From an uncultured Verrucomicrobiales bacterium (GTDB lineage Bacteria; Verrucomicrobiota; Verrucomicrobiia; Verrucomicrobiales; DEV007): DNA of 64,000 nt. How positions within the stretch are numbered: position 1 is the first letter of the stretch; each line of letters begins with the position of its first letter. Made by a program: the position numbers and the translations under genes. The stretch lies in the NCBI GenBank assembly GCA_943789025.1, contig CALSSN010000008.1, positions 138,756 to 202,755 on the forward strand, read 5' to 3'. Under the pieces are notes generated by a model. The model was not told the DNA's origin. It saw only the letters and a program-made list of their open reading frames with translations, and searched no databases. Below are positions 26,191 to 36,531 of the stretch, in pieces.

Positions 26191-28554
26191 ATGAAAAATC
26201 CAGGAAGCGCAACCGCCGCCGCAATCACTGCCACCTTACTTGCACTGGCTCTCTTTGTTCCAGAGGGCAGAGGCCAGAGTTTGGACTTTCTTCAGAAAAT
26301 TGGTTCAGACATTGACATCAAAGGCCTCAACCAGGAATGGAACCCGGAAACGGAGGTGGCCTCGGTGATGGGAGATGTACGCATCGCGTATGAAGGAGTG
26401 GTGATCAAAGCAAAGCGGGCAGAGTATCATACCAAGACAGGCGATATCAAAGCCTATGAGGATGTGGTGGTTTTTCAGGGCGGCAGTCTCTTCCGAGGTG
26501 ACTCTGTGACATACAACACCCAGACGGGTATTCTTTCCAGTGACGGCCTGCGAAGTCGGACCAGCGATCTTGTTTTCAAGACAGAGAATTTCCGAATGGA
26601 TTCTGAGGCAGGGAGCGTGATTGAAGGCACGCAAGCCATGTTCACCACCCATGACCACGTGGTTCCCAATTACCGGATCGAGTCGAAGAAATTGGAGATT
26701 TTTCCTGAGAAAAAGGTCGTCGTGAAAGGATCAAAATTCTATACCGGCAAGGTCCCAATTTTCTGGCTGCCGAGATTCACGCAACCGCTGGAGGACGAGC
26801 TCGGTTACTTTCTTGTGCCCGGCTACAATTCCCGGTGGGGTGGCTTCCTCAACAATCGCTATGGAGTTTTGCACGGGGATCACACCGTGGGGCAGTATCA
26901 CCTTGATCTCAGGACTGGCAGGGGAATCGGTGTGGGTGCGGATTATTTCTCAGAGAAATTCCGAGACAATCCCAATCTGGGGAAGCTCAAACTTTATTAT
27001 TCCTACGACATAGATACCGAGTTTGACAAGCAGTCCACGGAGCGGGCTGAACTTTCGGAGAACCGCTATCGGATCAACTTCCAGCACCGGATCTATTTTC
27101 CGGGTCCTGAGGAAGGGACGTTTTATCTGGACTTTGATATCAACAAAGTCAGCGACCGTCTCTATTACCAGGATTTCTTCTTTTCGGATGCACGGACCGA
27201 CCCGTCGCCTGACAACCTTCTCAATTTTGTGAAAAGAGGCGATCGCTATGAGGCGTCTCTCTTGACCAGGTTTCAGTTGAATGACTTCACCAGTCAGGAC
27301 ACCAGACTTCCAGAATTCGCGGTGGACTTCACTACCCAGCAACTTGGCAACACGCCTTTCTTTTATCGGGGTTCCAGTTCATGGGGGATTCTAGGCTTGG
27401 AGCTCTCAGAGAAAGAGAAAGCTGCCAAGGAGCGAGAGCGGGATTCTCTCGGCAACCAGATTAGTCTGGCAGAAGACGAATTGGTCGAAGATGTCGATGT
27501 CAATGCTTTGGCAAGAGAGATTGATCGCTTGAAAGGGTTCATCGACGGAGCCGGTTATCAGCGTCTCTACAGCTACCATGAGGTGCTTTTCCCTACACAA
27601 CTCGGGCCCATCAATTTTGTGCCTCGCCTCGGAGGAGGGGTTCTCTACTACTCAGAAATTGAAAACAGTGCGGGGAGCGACTCCTTGGACAGGGGAATTT
27701 TTCATGCGGGTTTTGACCTCTCCACGAAGTGGACCAAAGAGTTTGACGACCTGCAAGCACCCAAGCTCGGCTTGGATGGGTTGCGACATATTGTCCAGCC
27801 CTACATGAATTACTCATACGTGCACGCCGACGAGATCGGTGAGGGCAGGCTCGACCCCCGGATTGATGGGGGCATCACTTCCACCAAGCCTCGCCCGATT
27901 GATGTGCCGCTTTTCTCAAGCATCGACTCGATTGAACCGTGGAATATCGTCAGGGTGGGTGTGCGCCACACCCTTCAGACGCGACGTGATGAAAAGAATC
28001 TTCGTGAAAAGAAGACCTATAGTTGGCTGACATTTGACACCTATCTGGATAGCTATATTGACGATCCGGAGTTTGATCGGGATTTTTCGAACGTTCATAA
28101 TTACATCAGTTGGCGGCCGGTTCCTTGGTTCAAGCTCGAAGTGGATAGCCAGTTCCCGATCGACGACAACCCGGAAAATTTCTCTGAATTGAATACAGAT
28201 GTTTCCTGGACTCCGCATGACCGGCTGAACCTCAGCTTCAGTCACGCGCTCCTTCAAGACCATCCAGTTTTTGTCGACTCCTCGAGGTTTTCATTCAGCA
28301 GCTTTTTACGCCTCTCGGAAAACTGGGGTTTCTCTACCAGCCATAGCTTTGAAGCGGAGGAGGGAGAGCTTGAATCCCAATCCTATCGTGTGCACCGGGA
28401 CCTCACCTCCTGGATGGGTTCTCTCGGAGTTGTGCACATAAATAATGTCGGCGCAGAAGATGAGATCGGGTTTGTGCTTGCCTTCACCTTGAAGGAATTC
28501 CCCTCGATCACTATGCCGTTTGATCTGAATCCGAATCCCACGCAATCGCGGTAG
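26191..28554 (+). CDS. lptD: LPS-assembly outer-membrane protein LptD (OstA family)
   Basis: ORF 26173..28554, ATG at 26191 followed by a signal peptide. N-terminal OstA-like beta-jellyroll segment (GDVRIAYEGVVIKAKRAEYHTKTGDIKAYEDVVV) and a large C-terminal beta-barrel region. Confidence 0.85.
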   Translation: MKNPGSATAAAITATLLALALFVPEGRGQSLDFLQKIGSDIDIKGLNQEWNPETEVASVMGDVRIAYEGVVIKAKRAEYHTKTGDIKAYEDVVVFQGGSLFRGDSVTYNTQTGILSSDGLRSRTSDLVFKTENFRMDSEAGSVIEGTQAMFTTHDHVVPNYRIESKKLEIFPEKKVVVKGSKFYTGKVPIFWLPRFTQPLEDELGYFLVPGYNSRWGGFLNNRYGVLHGDHTVGQYHLDLRTGRGIGVGADYFSEKFRDNPNLGKLKLYYSYDIDTEFDKQSTERAELSENRYRINFQHRIYFPGPEEGTFYLDFDINKVSDRLYYQDFFFSDARTDPSPDNLLNFVKRGDRYEASLLTRFQLNDFTSQDTRLPEFAVDFTTQQLGNTPFFYRGSSSWGILGLELSEKEKAAKERERDSLGNQISLAEDELVEDVDVNALAREIDRLKGFIDGAGYQRLYSYHEVLFPTQLGPINFVPRLGGGVLYYSEIENSAGSDSLDRGIFHAGFDLSTKWTKEFDDLQAPKLGLDGLRHIVQPYMNYSYVHADEIGEGRLDPRIDGGITSTKPRPIDVPLFSSIDSIEPWNIVRVGVRHTLQTRRDEKNLREKKTYSWLTFDTYLDSYIDDPEFDRDFSNVHNYISWRPVPWFKLEVDSQFPIDDNPENFSELNTDVSWTPHDRLNLSFSHALLQDHPVFVDSSRFSFSSFLRLSENWGFSTSHSFEAEEGELESQSYRVHRDLTSWMGSLGVVHINNVGAEDEIGFVLAFTLKEFPSITMPFDLNPNPTQSR

Positions 28555-28571
28555 AGAGGGAAGGCTGGTAT

Positions 28572-28614
28572 CTGAGCTTTGCAGGGTCAGTGAAACTCAG
28601 TTTCCTCTTTTCTT
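28572..28614 (+). terminator. Possible intrinsic terminator after lptD
   Basis: CTGAGCTTT...AAACTCAG imperfect hairpin (one bulge, 12-nt loop) followed by TTTCCTCTTTTCTT. Confidence 0.35.
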
Positions 28615-28715
28615 GAAATAGGCAGAATAAGGATTTATTGGGGTGATCAATTTTTAAAAAAGGCCTTCTCCTTGGATTCAGGGTAAAAAATTTCACAGCT
28701 TTCATCCATTCGAAT

Positions 28716-30047
28716 ATGAACATTACTATTATTGGATCCGGTTACGTCGGCCTCACATCAGGTGCTTGTTTTGCAGAAGTTGGTCACCATGTCATGTGTG
28801 TTGATAACAACGCGAAGAAAATCGAGACCCTTCTGGCTGGAGATATTCCCATCTATGAGCCGGGTCTTGAGGATCTGGTGGTCAAGAACGTCGCTTCCGG
28901 TCACTTGCAGTTTACCACCAGCACCGAAGTCGGGGTGGATCACGGTGAAGTTGTTTTTATCGCTGTGCCCACACCGCCGCAGCCGGATGGAAGCGTCGAC
29001 CTGAGTTACATCGAGCGGGTGGCCAGAGAGATTGCCGCTGTTCTGAAGCCAGGGCAGTACCGTGTTGTAGTGGACAAGTCGACTGTCCCGGTAAAGACAG
29101 GCGAGAAAGTCACTGATACGATCAGCCGCTACGCTGAGGAAGGTGTGGAATTTGATGTGGTCAGTAATCCCGAATTCCTGCGTGAAGGGTGTGCGGTCGA
29201 TGACTTGATGAAGCCCGATCGGATCGTTATCGGAGCGAACAGTGACAGTGCCCTGGCGCTGATGCAGAAGCTCTACGAGCCGTTCATGGCTCCGGTCCTG
29301 GTGACCGACATCAACAGCGCGGAACTCATCAAGCACGCGGCTAACAGTTTCCTCGCGCTGAAGATTTCCTACATCAATGCCGTTTCCGAGGTCTGTGAGG
29401 CCTCGGGCGCGGATGTCGAGAAAGTTGCTGAAGGGATTGGATCCGATAAGCGGATCGGACGCCATTTCCTCAATGCTGGCCTCGGCTATGGAGGGTCCTG
29501 CTTCCCTAAAGACCTTGCGGCCTTCATCGCCATCGCAGACCAGATCGGCGTGCCGCTTAATCTGCTCAAGGAAGTGCAGCGGATCAACGCACGGCAACTG
29601 GATCGTTTTCTTGATGCACTGCGTGAGAAGCTCTGGGTCTTGAAAGAGAAAAAAATTGCGGTCTGGGGATTGAGTTTCAAGCCGGACACCGACGACGTCA
29701 GGGAATCGGTGGCGATCAAGCTTTTGGAGAGGCTCGTTGAAGAGGGAGCTGAGGTGTCGGTTTTTGATCCGAAGGGGACCGGCAAGGCGCTGGAGTTCTT
29801 CCCGGAAATTATGGAGAATGTTCGGGTTGCGGCTTCCCCGGAGCAAGCGACGGAGGGAGTGGAGACCTTGATTATTGCGACCGAGTGGCCGGAGTTTGCC
29901 TCTGCTGATTTTGTGAAGGTCAAAGAGAATATGGTAACTCCGGTGATCTTTGATGGCCGGAACCTGCTCGAGCCGGATCGGATGCAGGAACAGGGTTTCG
30001 AATACCGTGGCATCGGCCGCGGAGTGGACCTCTCTGCCGGCGCCTGA
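28716..30047 (+). CDS. ugd: UDP-glucose 6-dehydrogenase
   Basis: 443 aa. MNITIIGSGYVGLTSGACFAEVGH Rossmann N-terminus and catalytic GGSCFPKD. Confidence 0.9.
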   Translation: MNITIIGSGYVGLTSGACFAEVGHHVMCVDNNAKKIETLLAGDIPIYEPGLEDLVVKNVASGHLQFTTSTEVGVDHGEVVFIAVPTPPQPDGSVDLSYIERVAREIAAVLKPGQYRVVVDKSTVPVKTGEKVTDTISRYAEEGVEFDVVSNPEFLREGCAVDDLMKPDRIVIGANSDSALALMQKLYEPFMAPVLVTDINSAELIKHAANSFLALKISYINAVSEVCEASGADVEKVAEGIGSDKRIGRHFLNAGLGYGGSCFPKDLAAFIAIADQIGVPLNLLKEVQRINARQLDRFLDALREKLWVLKEKKIAVWGLSFKPDTDDVRESVAIKLLERLVEEGAEVSVFDPKGTGKALEFFPEIMENVRVAASPEQATEGVETLIIATEWPEFASADFVKVKENMVTPVIFDGRNLLEPDRMQEQGFEYRGIGRGVDLSAGA

Positions 30048-30068
30048 CAGGAAGCTGGTTGAGAAAAA

Positions 30069-31358
30069 GTGCCCGCTGTGACGCCAGAACGCCGGGAATC
30101 CCTGGCAGTAGTCCTCCGCTGGCAGGCGGAAGGCGGGCAGCATCTCGATCAGATTGTCGGTGAACTCTCCGGACCTTCTGGGAGGCGGGGGTTTGTGCAG
30201 AACCTCTCCTATGGAGTGATTCGCAATCTGCGAGTGCTGGATCTATGGATCGAATATCTTTCGAACGAACGAAAGAAACCGGACCCTCGCACCGAAGCGG
30301 TTCTGCGGATAGGCCTCTTCGAGCTGATGCGCAGTGACACTGCGGCTCATGCTGCTGTCAACGAGGCAGTCTCCCTCGCAGGAAGAGCGGGAGGTTTCGT
30401 CAATGCACTGCTCAGGAGGGCATCGCGAGAACGTGACAAGCTCGAGGAGCTTGTCTCCCATGCACCCATGGCAGTGCAGTTCTCGCATCCGGATTTCCTC
30501 GTGGATCGCTGGGTGCATGCTTTCGGGGCCGAGAAAGCAGCGGCTCTCTGTGCATGGGACCAGGAGATTCCTCCAGTCTACGTGCGTCTGAATCGGCTGC
30601 GTGGCGCGGAAGGAGAAATCCTCTCGGAGATGGGCCACCCACTCGAGGGTGAGGAGGGTTTCTGGAACATGGAATGTCTCCCGAAGGAGGCACTGACGGC
30701 CGGAATGGTCTATGCGCAGGATCCCAGCACGGCTCTCGCGTGTCGCCTTCTTGACCCCAAGCCCGGGCAGCGCGTTCTTGATGCCTGTGCCTCACCTGGG
30801 GGAAAAACGGCATTGCTGGCACAGATGATGGACGGTCGAGGTGAGATCGTTGCGACCGACTCGAAGGTGTCGCGCTTGGATCGTTTAACGACAAACCTGG
30901 ATCGCCTCGGGGTCACCATAGCAGAGATCCATGCCTTCGAGTGGGGACAGTCAGGAGAAAAAAAGGAGCCAGACAAGACCGAGGAAGTGTTCGAGTCCGG
31001 CTTTGACCGAATTCTCGTCGACGTTCCGTGCAGTAACACGGGTGTCCTGCGCAGGAGAGTGGATGCCAGATGGAAAATCCAGGAGAGGGATTTTGCCCGG
31101 CAAGCAGGGCATCAGTTGAATATCTTGACAGACCTGGCCAAGTTTTTGAGGCCAGGCGGTCGTCTTGTTTACAGCACCTGCAGCATCGACCGGGAAGAGA
31201 ATCAGGAAGTCATCGAGGCCTTTTTCGCAGAGATGGATGATAGCTGGGTTTTTGAAGAGGAGCGAGTTTCGTTCCCCTTGGATTCCGGTTTCGACGGGGC
31301 CTATGCCGCTGCTCTCACCCGTGTCGGTGCCGGTCAGGTTCTGAACCATGCTCGGTAG
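30069..31358 (+). CDS. rsmB: 16S rRNA (cytosine967-C5)-methyltransferase RsmB/Sun
   Basis: 429 aa. NusB-like N-domain, SAM-binding DACASPGGKT, catalytic DVPCSNTGVLRR and YSTCS motifs. GTG start. Confidence 0.85.
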   Translation: MPAVTPERRESLAVVLRWQAEGGQHLDQIVGELSGPSGRRGFVQNLSYGVIRNLRVLDLWIEYLSNERKKPDPRTEAVLRIGLFELMRSDTAAHAAVNEAVSLAGRAGGFVNALLRRASRERDKLEELVSHAPMAVQFSHPDFLVDRWVHAFGAEKAAALCAWDQEIPPVYVRLNRLRGAEGEILSEMGHPLEGEEGFWNMECLPKEALTAGMVYAQDPSTALACRLLDPKPGQRVLDACASPGGKTALLAQMMDGRGEIVATDSKVSRLDRLTTNLDRLGVTIAEIHAFEWGQSGEKKEPDKTEEVFESGFDRILVDVPCSNTGVLRRRVDARWKIQERDFARQAGHQLNILTDLAKFLRPGGRLVYSTCSIDREENQEVIEAFFAEMDDSWVFEEERVSFPLDSGFDGAYAAALTRVGAGQVLNHAR

Positions 31359-31535
31359 CATCGCGAGGGCTCAGGCTGGTGGTGGAAATCAATGAGCACT
31401 GGTAGGGAGCGAGCAATCTTTCTGCAAGACTCGAGCAGCTGGGGCGTAATGGAAAGAGTCCGGCACCCTGCGGCGTGATCAAGTCTGCAGCCATTTATCA
31501 AGCCACCAATCCACCAATCCATCTATCCATCGCAA

Positions 31536-33299
31536 ATGTCCTCTACCCGCTTTCGTTCCTTTGCCCAGCTTGTCCTTATCGGACTGGTATTCCACAGCAG
31601 TTCGCTCATCGCGGCATTGCATCTCCCTCAAATTTTCAGCAGTCACATGGTGTTGCAACAAGGGAAGCCGATCGTGCTATGGGGGAAGGCAGATCCAGGG
31701 GGCGTTGTGGAAGTGCATTTTGCAGGAGAAAAGCTGCAAGTCGAAGCCGGAGAGGACGGGCAGTGGCGCGCTGAGTTGCCGGCACAAGCGGCCAATGCGG
31801 AAGGACAGGTGCTCACGGTGAAGTCAGGAGGTATCGAGGAGCGCTTTGAGGACGTCCTTGTCGGGGAGGTCTGGATCGCTTCCGGCCAGTCAAACATGCA
31901 GTGGGCGGTAGGAGCTTCCAACCATGCGCAGGAAGAGATCAAGAATGCGACGTTCTCGAAGATCCGGCTTTTTCAAGCCACCATGAAGACCTCCGAAGAA
32001 CCGGTGGAAGACATCGCGAACACCTGGGGTGGGTGGGAGCGCTGTGCGCCGGAAAGAGTGGCCAGGTTCTCAGCCGTGGGATATTATTTTGGTCGTGAAA
32101 TCCACCAGCAGGGGGAAGAGGTGCCGGTAGGGATTATTCAGAGTGCCTGGGGCGGCACAAGGAGCGAGGCGTGGACAAGTCGGGAAGCTCTACTGGGTGA
32201 CCAGACAGCAGCGAAATTACTTGCCGGCTGGCGCGCCGCAGAGCTCGGGTGGAACGCAGAGGCAGAAGCAGCACGCTACGCGGAAAGGCTGGCTGCCTGG
32301 GAGAAAAAAACCGCCGAGATGCGGAAGCAGACCGCGGGCGTCGAGGGCCCTGCTGCGAAAAAGAGCAGGAGGCTTCCCCGGCGGCCGGAGGAACCAATCC
32401 ATCCTCGACTGCAGCGCCACCACCCTTCAGCGATTTACAATGCGATGATTTCCCCGCTTGTGCCTTTTCCCATCCGGGGAGTGATCTGGTATCAGGGCGA
32501 GAGTAATCAGGATCGTGCGCATCAGTATGCCAGCATCTTTCCCACCATGATTGAAGACTGGCGGGCGCAATGGGACGAGAACTTTCCTTTTCTTTTCGTC
32601 CAATTGGCGAACTTTCGAGCCGCGGCGGAAGCGCCGGTCGAGGAGGGGTCGTGGCCTGAGCTCCAGTGGTCGCAGTATCTTACCTTGAAACGTTTACTGG
32701 GAACCGGGATGGCTGTGGCTAATGACATTGGCGCAGCCGCTGACATCCATCCGCGCAACAAGCAGGACGTGGGGAAGCGCCTTGCTCGCTGGGCCCTCTC
32801 GATGGCTCCATTCGCGCAGGAGATTGTTCCCTCCGGTCCGGTCTACAAAGGAATGAAAAAAGAGCAGGCTGGAATCCGGATTTTCTTTGATCATGTCGGA
32901 GAAGGACTTCGGGCACGCGGAGATGAGCCGCTTGGCGGGTTCGCCATTGCCGGGGAAGACCGGAGCTGGCATGCCGCGGACGCGCAAGTCGAGGGTAACT
33001 CGGTGTTTGTCTCCCACCAAGCGGTCGATGAGCCGCTGGCAGTCCGGTATGCATGGAAGGCGAACCCTACCGAAGCCAACCTGGTAAACAGCGCGGGGCT
33101 TCCGGCATCGCTTTTTCGCACTGACGGGTGGCCCCTCACCACCGAAGGAGTGACTTCCCCGTTCGCCGAAAAACAGCGCAGGAAGGCGCCGTCAGCTTCC
33201 CGGCAGCGAAAAGCGGATAAAACTCCTGACCAGCCGAAATCTCCAGTGGAGACTCCAGTCCAAGGTGAAGAACAGAATCCCGCAGACAAGGCAGGGTGA
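31536..33299 (+). CDS. Sialate O-acetylesterase family (SGNH-type) protein, secreted
   Basis: 587 aa. Signal peptide, SSHMVLQQGKPIVLWG, GEVWIASGQSNMQW, WYQGESN motifs. Lys/Pro-rich C-terminal tail. Confidence 0.8.
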   Translation: MSSTRFRSFAQLVLIGLVFHSSSLIAALHLPQIFSSHMVLQQGKPIVLWGKADPGGVVEVHFAGEKLQVEAGEDGQWRAELPAQAANAEGQVLTVKSGGIEERFEDVLVGEVWIASGQSNMQWAVGASNHAQEEIKNATFSKIRLFQATMKTSEEPVEDIANTWGGWERCAPERVARFSAVGYYFGREIHQQGEEVPVGIIQSAWGGTRSEAWTSREALLGDQTAAKLLAGWRAAELGWNAEAEAARYAERLAAWEKKTAEMRKQTAGVEGPAAKKSRRLPRRPEEPIHPRLQRHHPSAIYNAMISPLVPFPIRGVIWYQGESNQDRAHQYASIFPTMIEDWRAQWDENFPFLFVQLANFRAAAEAPVEEGSWPELQWSQYLTLKRLLGTGMAVANDIGAAADIHPRNKQDVGKRLARWALSMAPFAQEIVPSGPVYKGMKKEQAGIRIFFDHVGEGLRARGDEPLGGFAIAGEDRSWHAADAQVEGNSVFVSHQAVDEPLAVRYAWKANPTEANLVNSAGLPASLFRTDGWPLTTEGVTSPFAEKQRRKAPSASRQRKADKTPDQPKSPVETPVQGEEQNPADKAG

Positions 33300-33429
33300 A
33301 GAAAAGCAAAAGAGTCCAATTTTTGCGGTAGAAGTTACCGCCTTCCAGAGGGATGCCGGAAGTGGTTTCCATCCTCTGCGACAATGCTTAACGTGTTTTG
33401 ATTTGGGCTCTTTTTGACTCTGAAAATAA

Positions 33430-34671
33430 ATGACCACTGAAGCTGTAGTCCTGCCCCCTCCTCTTCCCTCTGCGCCGGCTGAAGATCTCCATCGCGTGGA
33501 CCACGGGAAAGTCATTCCCAACCTGGTAGCTGCTGGGCTCATGCTTTTGCTCGGGGTCTGGCTCTTCGTCTCAGATCTCTTTGCTGCCGGCGACATGCTG
33601 TTCCACGGGGCTCTGGCCCTTCCCGTGCTGGGACTGTTTGTGGGGCTCTTCTCTCTGGTCGCTCATTACCTTGCCATTGTTCCGGTGCGATTTCTGGTCG
33701 GGGCGAATCTTGCCATTCTCCTGCGTGCAGCCTTCGGCTACCCTCTCAACCTGTTCATGGCCAACACTCCGGCTTCGATTGTGGCTTCGGGGTTGTTCGT
33801 CATGTTTGCCGCATGGTATCTGGTCTCGACCATGCGCGGGGATTGCAGGATCATGCAAAGGCCGTGGTTTCGATGGAGGCATCTTTGCCTGACTGGGGGA
33901 ATCCTGGTGGTTCTTCTCGTGGTCTCGGTGCCATACCTGATCGGTGGTCACGTCCGGGCCTTGCAGAATCTTATCGGCGACTACCTGCGCATCGACCCCC
34001 GGGGGATTTCACTGGTCGAACGTGTTCTGGAAAAAGACGGGCATCGCATTCACCTCATCGGCATGATGCATATCGGCCAGAGAGATTACTACGAGAAGTT
34101 GAAGGCGCGGATTGCTAAGAAGCCGAAGGGAACCCGCATCATCCTGCAGGAGGGAGTTAAGGACCGGGAGAAAATCCTGCCGACGAGCTTCGCTTCCGGG
34201 AAGCTCTACAGTCAGGTGGCAAAGAGATTGGGATTAGAGATGCAGGGGAGGCTCGACACCGGTGGCAGTGCGGCAGCGCTCGAGGACGAAGAAGAACGCA
34301 AAGCCGTGTGGGAAGAACTCGGAGTCCGGTTTCACAATGCGGACATGGACGTCTCTGATCTCGACGCCCAGCATCGGAAGTTCCTGGCAGAGATGTTTGC
34401 AGTGATCGACGCTGCGAGTCTGGATGAAATGTTTCTGATCTCCAGCCAGATTTCGATCACTGCTTCCGATATGGAGGATCTCTTGATGCGCGGTTTGATC
34501 GGAAGGCGCAATGAAATTCTCATGCAACATTTCGAAGCGGTAGGGGTCCACTACGACGAGGTCTATATCCCGTGGGGGGCGGCCCATCTGAAGGATATCG
34601 AAAAGCGAATGCTGGAGCTCGGTTACGTCGAGGTGGATGAAAAAATCCGCCGTGTCGTTGAATTCTGGTAG
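33430..34671 (+). CDS. Hypothetical polytopic membrane protein with C-terminal TraB/GumN-like domain (tentative)
   Basis: 413 aa, about 5-6 N-terminal TM helices. The C-terminal soluble part has HLIGMMHIG and IPWGAAHL motifs reminiscent of the TraB/GumN family. Confidence 0.6.
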   Translation: MTTEAVVLPPPLPSAPAEDLHRVDHGKVIPNLVAAGLMLLLGVWLFVSDLFAAGDMLFHGALALPVLGLFVGLFSLVAHYLAIVPVRFLVGANLAILLRAAFGYPLNLFMANTPASIVASGLFVMFAAWYLVSTMRGDCRIMQRPWFRWRHLCLTGGILVVLLVVSVPYLIGGHVRALQNLIGDYLRIDPRGISLVERVLEKDGHRIHLIGMMHIGQRDYYEKLKARIAKKPKGTRIILQEGVKDREKILPTSFASGKLYSQVAKRLGLEMQGRLDTGGSAAALEDEEERKAVWEELGVRFHNADMDVSDLDAQHRKFLAEMFAVIDAASLDEMFLISSQISITASDMEDLLMRGLIGRRNEILMQHFEAVGVHYDEVYIPWGAAHLKDIEKRMLELGYVEVDEKIRRVVEFW

Positions 34672-34804
34672 GGTGCATCCGCATGCCAGAGCAGATCGCC
34701 CTAGGGAGGGCGCATGACGAAGGGTGGCGGAACCTGCGTTTTTCCAGTAAACTCGATTGCAATAGAATGAGGTGACGGGTTGAAACCAGCCGGAACATGG
34801 ATTG

Positions 34805-35491
34805 ATGACGCAGGAGCTTGAACAAAGCAGCGAAAAGAGCAGCCCGGATACGCCCCGTCTCCGCCAAGGTGGGCTGGTTGCATGGGCGGTGGCGATTGCG
34901 ACGGTCCTGATTGTGGCTCTTCTGGTGGGAGCTTACCTGGTCTCGAGGGTGCTTGATGTGACGGAAGGCGTTCTCTCCCTGCCAGAGCGGGCAGCTCAAG
35001 GATTGGAGAAGATATTTAAGGCTGAGGTCACGGTAGAGAGTGATTCTTTCGTGCTGGCGGACCAGTCGATCGCGGAACTCGCTGTTCTGGAGCGACAGGT
35101 CGTGACGACGACGAAATATGAGAGCTCGTTTTTCGGGGTGAAGGCAACCGCGATCATCAAAGGCGTCTACCGGGTAAAAGCAGGGTATGATTTGACCAAG
35201 CCCTACAGTTTCTCCATCGATGAAGAAACAGGCATCGTGGAGGCGACGCTTCCGGAAGCAGAAATCCTCTCGATCGAAACTGAAAGTCAGGAAGTCTTTT
35301 ATCTGAGTGAGAACATGATCAACTCGATCGATTCTCAGGAGTGGGAAAACGCCTACCGGGAGAACCGTCTCGCGGCAGAGCAAGAGGCGAAGGGTTTGGG
35401 GCTTCTTGAAGAGACACGAGAACGGTTCCTCGAACGGGCTAAAGACCTTCTCAATGCCCAGGGAATGGAAATCAGTCTGCCTGCCTTTTAG
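34805..35491 (+). CDS. DUF4230-like membrane-anchored protein
   Basis: ORF 34802..35491 (ATG at 34805). Single TM helix, then the GVYRVKAGYDL motif remembered from DUF4230. Preferred over antisense ORF 34520..35383, which has no motifs. Confidence 0.6.
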   Translation: MTQELEQSSEKSSPDTPRLRQGGLVAWAVAIATVLIVALLVGAYLVSRVLDVTEGVLSLPERAAQGLEKIFKAEVTVESDSFVLADQSIAELAVLERQVVTTTKYESSFFGVKATAIIKGVYRVKAGYDLTKPYSFSIDEETGIVEATLPEAEILSIETESQEVFYLSENMINSIDSQEWENAYRENRLAAEQEAKGLGLLEETRERFLERAKDLLNAQGMEISLPAF

Positions 35492-35608
35492 CGGTTAGCG
35501 GCAGGCTCAGAGACCTCTGAAGACAGGCAAGGCAGGTGTTGATGTCGAGTAAGTGATCGTGGGCGGGCGGTCACGAGCCAATTTTTTTTGCAGCATCGTG
35601 GCCCCGGT

Positions 35609-36391
35609 TCATTCGACTTCCACGAGAATCGGAGATGCTGTTTCAAGACCCAAGGTGCTGGCAGCGTGCCCGCCGTTAATAGCGATTTCCATGAAGCCGC
35701 TGGAACCGGGCACGCCCAGTGCTTCGTCCGAGCTTCCTTCCGCATAGCAGCTCACGAATTGGCATGGACCGGTTCGCGGGAGGAGGATTCTTTTTTTTGT
35801 TTCCGGGCCGAAGTCTCGGTTAGGAAAATTGGTGATGGCGTTGCCGAAATGGTCGATGAAGAGCACTTCTCCGCGCAGGAGGGGTCCCTCTTTGGTAAGC
35901 TCCGGCCACGCGAGCTCGACAATGCTCTCACAGGGTGAGCCGAGAGAGGAAATCGGGGTCTGAGCGGCGAGGGCGGCGGCGGCTGGAGCGAAGATGTCAC
36001 GCCCGTGGAAAGTCTGGCTGACTTCATTAAGAAAAAAATCTGGATTGTCGAGGTGGTGGATGGCGACCGGTTTTTCACTGCGAAGAATCCACGAGAGCAC
36101 CCCATTATCGGGGGCGACAAAATGGTAACGTTCGGTTTGGACTGCAATCGCTGCTCGGGAACTTCCGACGCCTGGGTCGACGATGGCGAGGTGAACGGTC
36201 TTTTGAGGGAAAAAGCGACAACTGGAGAGTAACGTGAAAGCACCTCCACGGATATCGCCCGGAGCAACCCCATGGCTCACATCCACCAAGGTCACGCCGG
36301 GATGGCGAGATAGGACGACGCCCTTGACCGTCCCGACGAACCAGTCGTCAGAGCCGAAATCTGTGGTCAGGCTGACAATGCCAGGTGGCAT
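35609..36391 (-). CDS. SAM hydrolase / SAM-dependent halogenase family protein (DUF62)
   Basis: ORF 35609..36535. The conserved N-terminus MPPGIVSLTTDFGSDDWFVGTVKGV begins at ATG 36391. Later motifs DPGVGS and IDHFGN. Confidence 0.8.
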   Translation of the reverse strand: MPPGIVSLTTDFGSDDWFVGTVKGVVLSRHPGVTLVDVSHGVAPGDIRGGAFTLLSSCRFFPQKTVHLAIVDPGVGSSRAAIAVQTERYHFVAPDNGVLSWILRSEKPVAIHHLDNPDFFLNEVSQTFHGRDIFAPAAAALAAQTPISSLGSPCESIVELAWPELTKEGPLLRGEVLFIDHFGNAITNFPNRDFGPETKKRILLPRTGPCQFVSCYAEGSSDEALGVPGSSGFMEIAINGGHAASTLGLETASPILVEVE

Positions 36392-36531
36392 GATGCTGCA
36401 GGCTAGGCGATCGCGATATGCAACGCAAGGGAGCCTTCCGAGGACCGTGTGGGGAGAGGGGGGGGGTGGGAGAAGAAGCGGTTGGAACGACAGGGCGTAG
36501 AGTGGAGAAAGCCAGCCTGCGTTGTCGTGGA

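Noticed and set aside
28758-30143. 461-aa minus-strand ORF
   Set aside because: It is antisense to ugd, which has unambiguous Rossmann and catalytic motifs. The antisense product has no motifs and an Arg/Leu-rich shadow-ORF composition.
34520-35383. 287-aa minus-strand ORF competing with the DUF4230-like gene
   Set aside because: No recognisable motif, Arg-rich composition, and it would overlap the end of the upstream plus-strand gene. The plus-strand ORF has a TM anchor and a remembered family motif. Confidence in the choice is only moderate.
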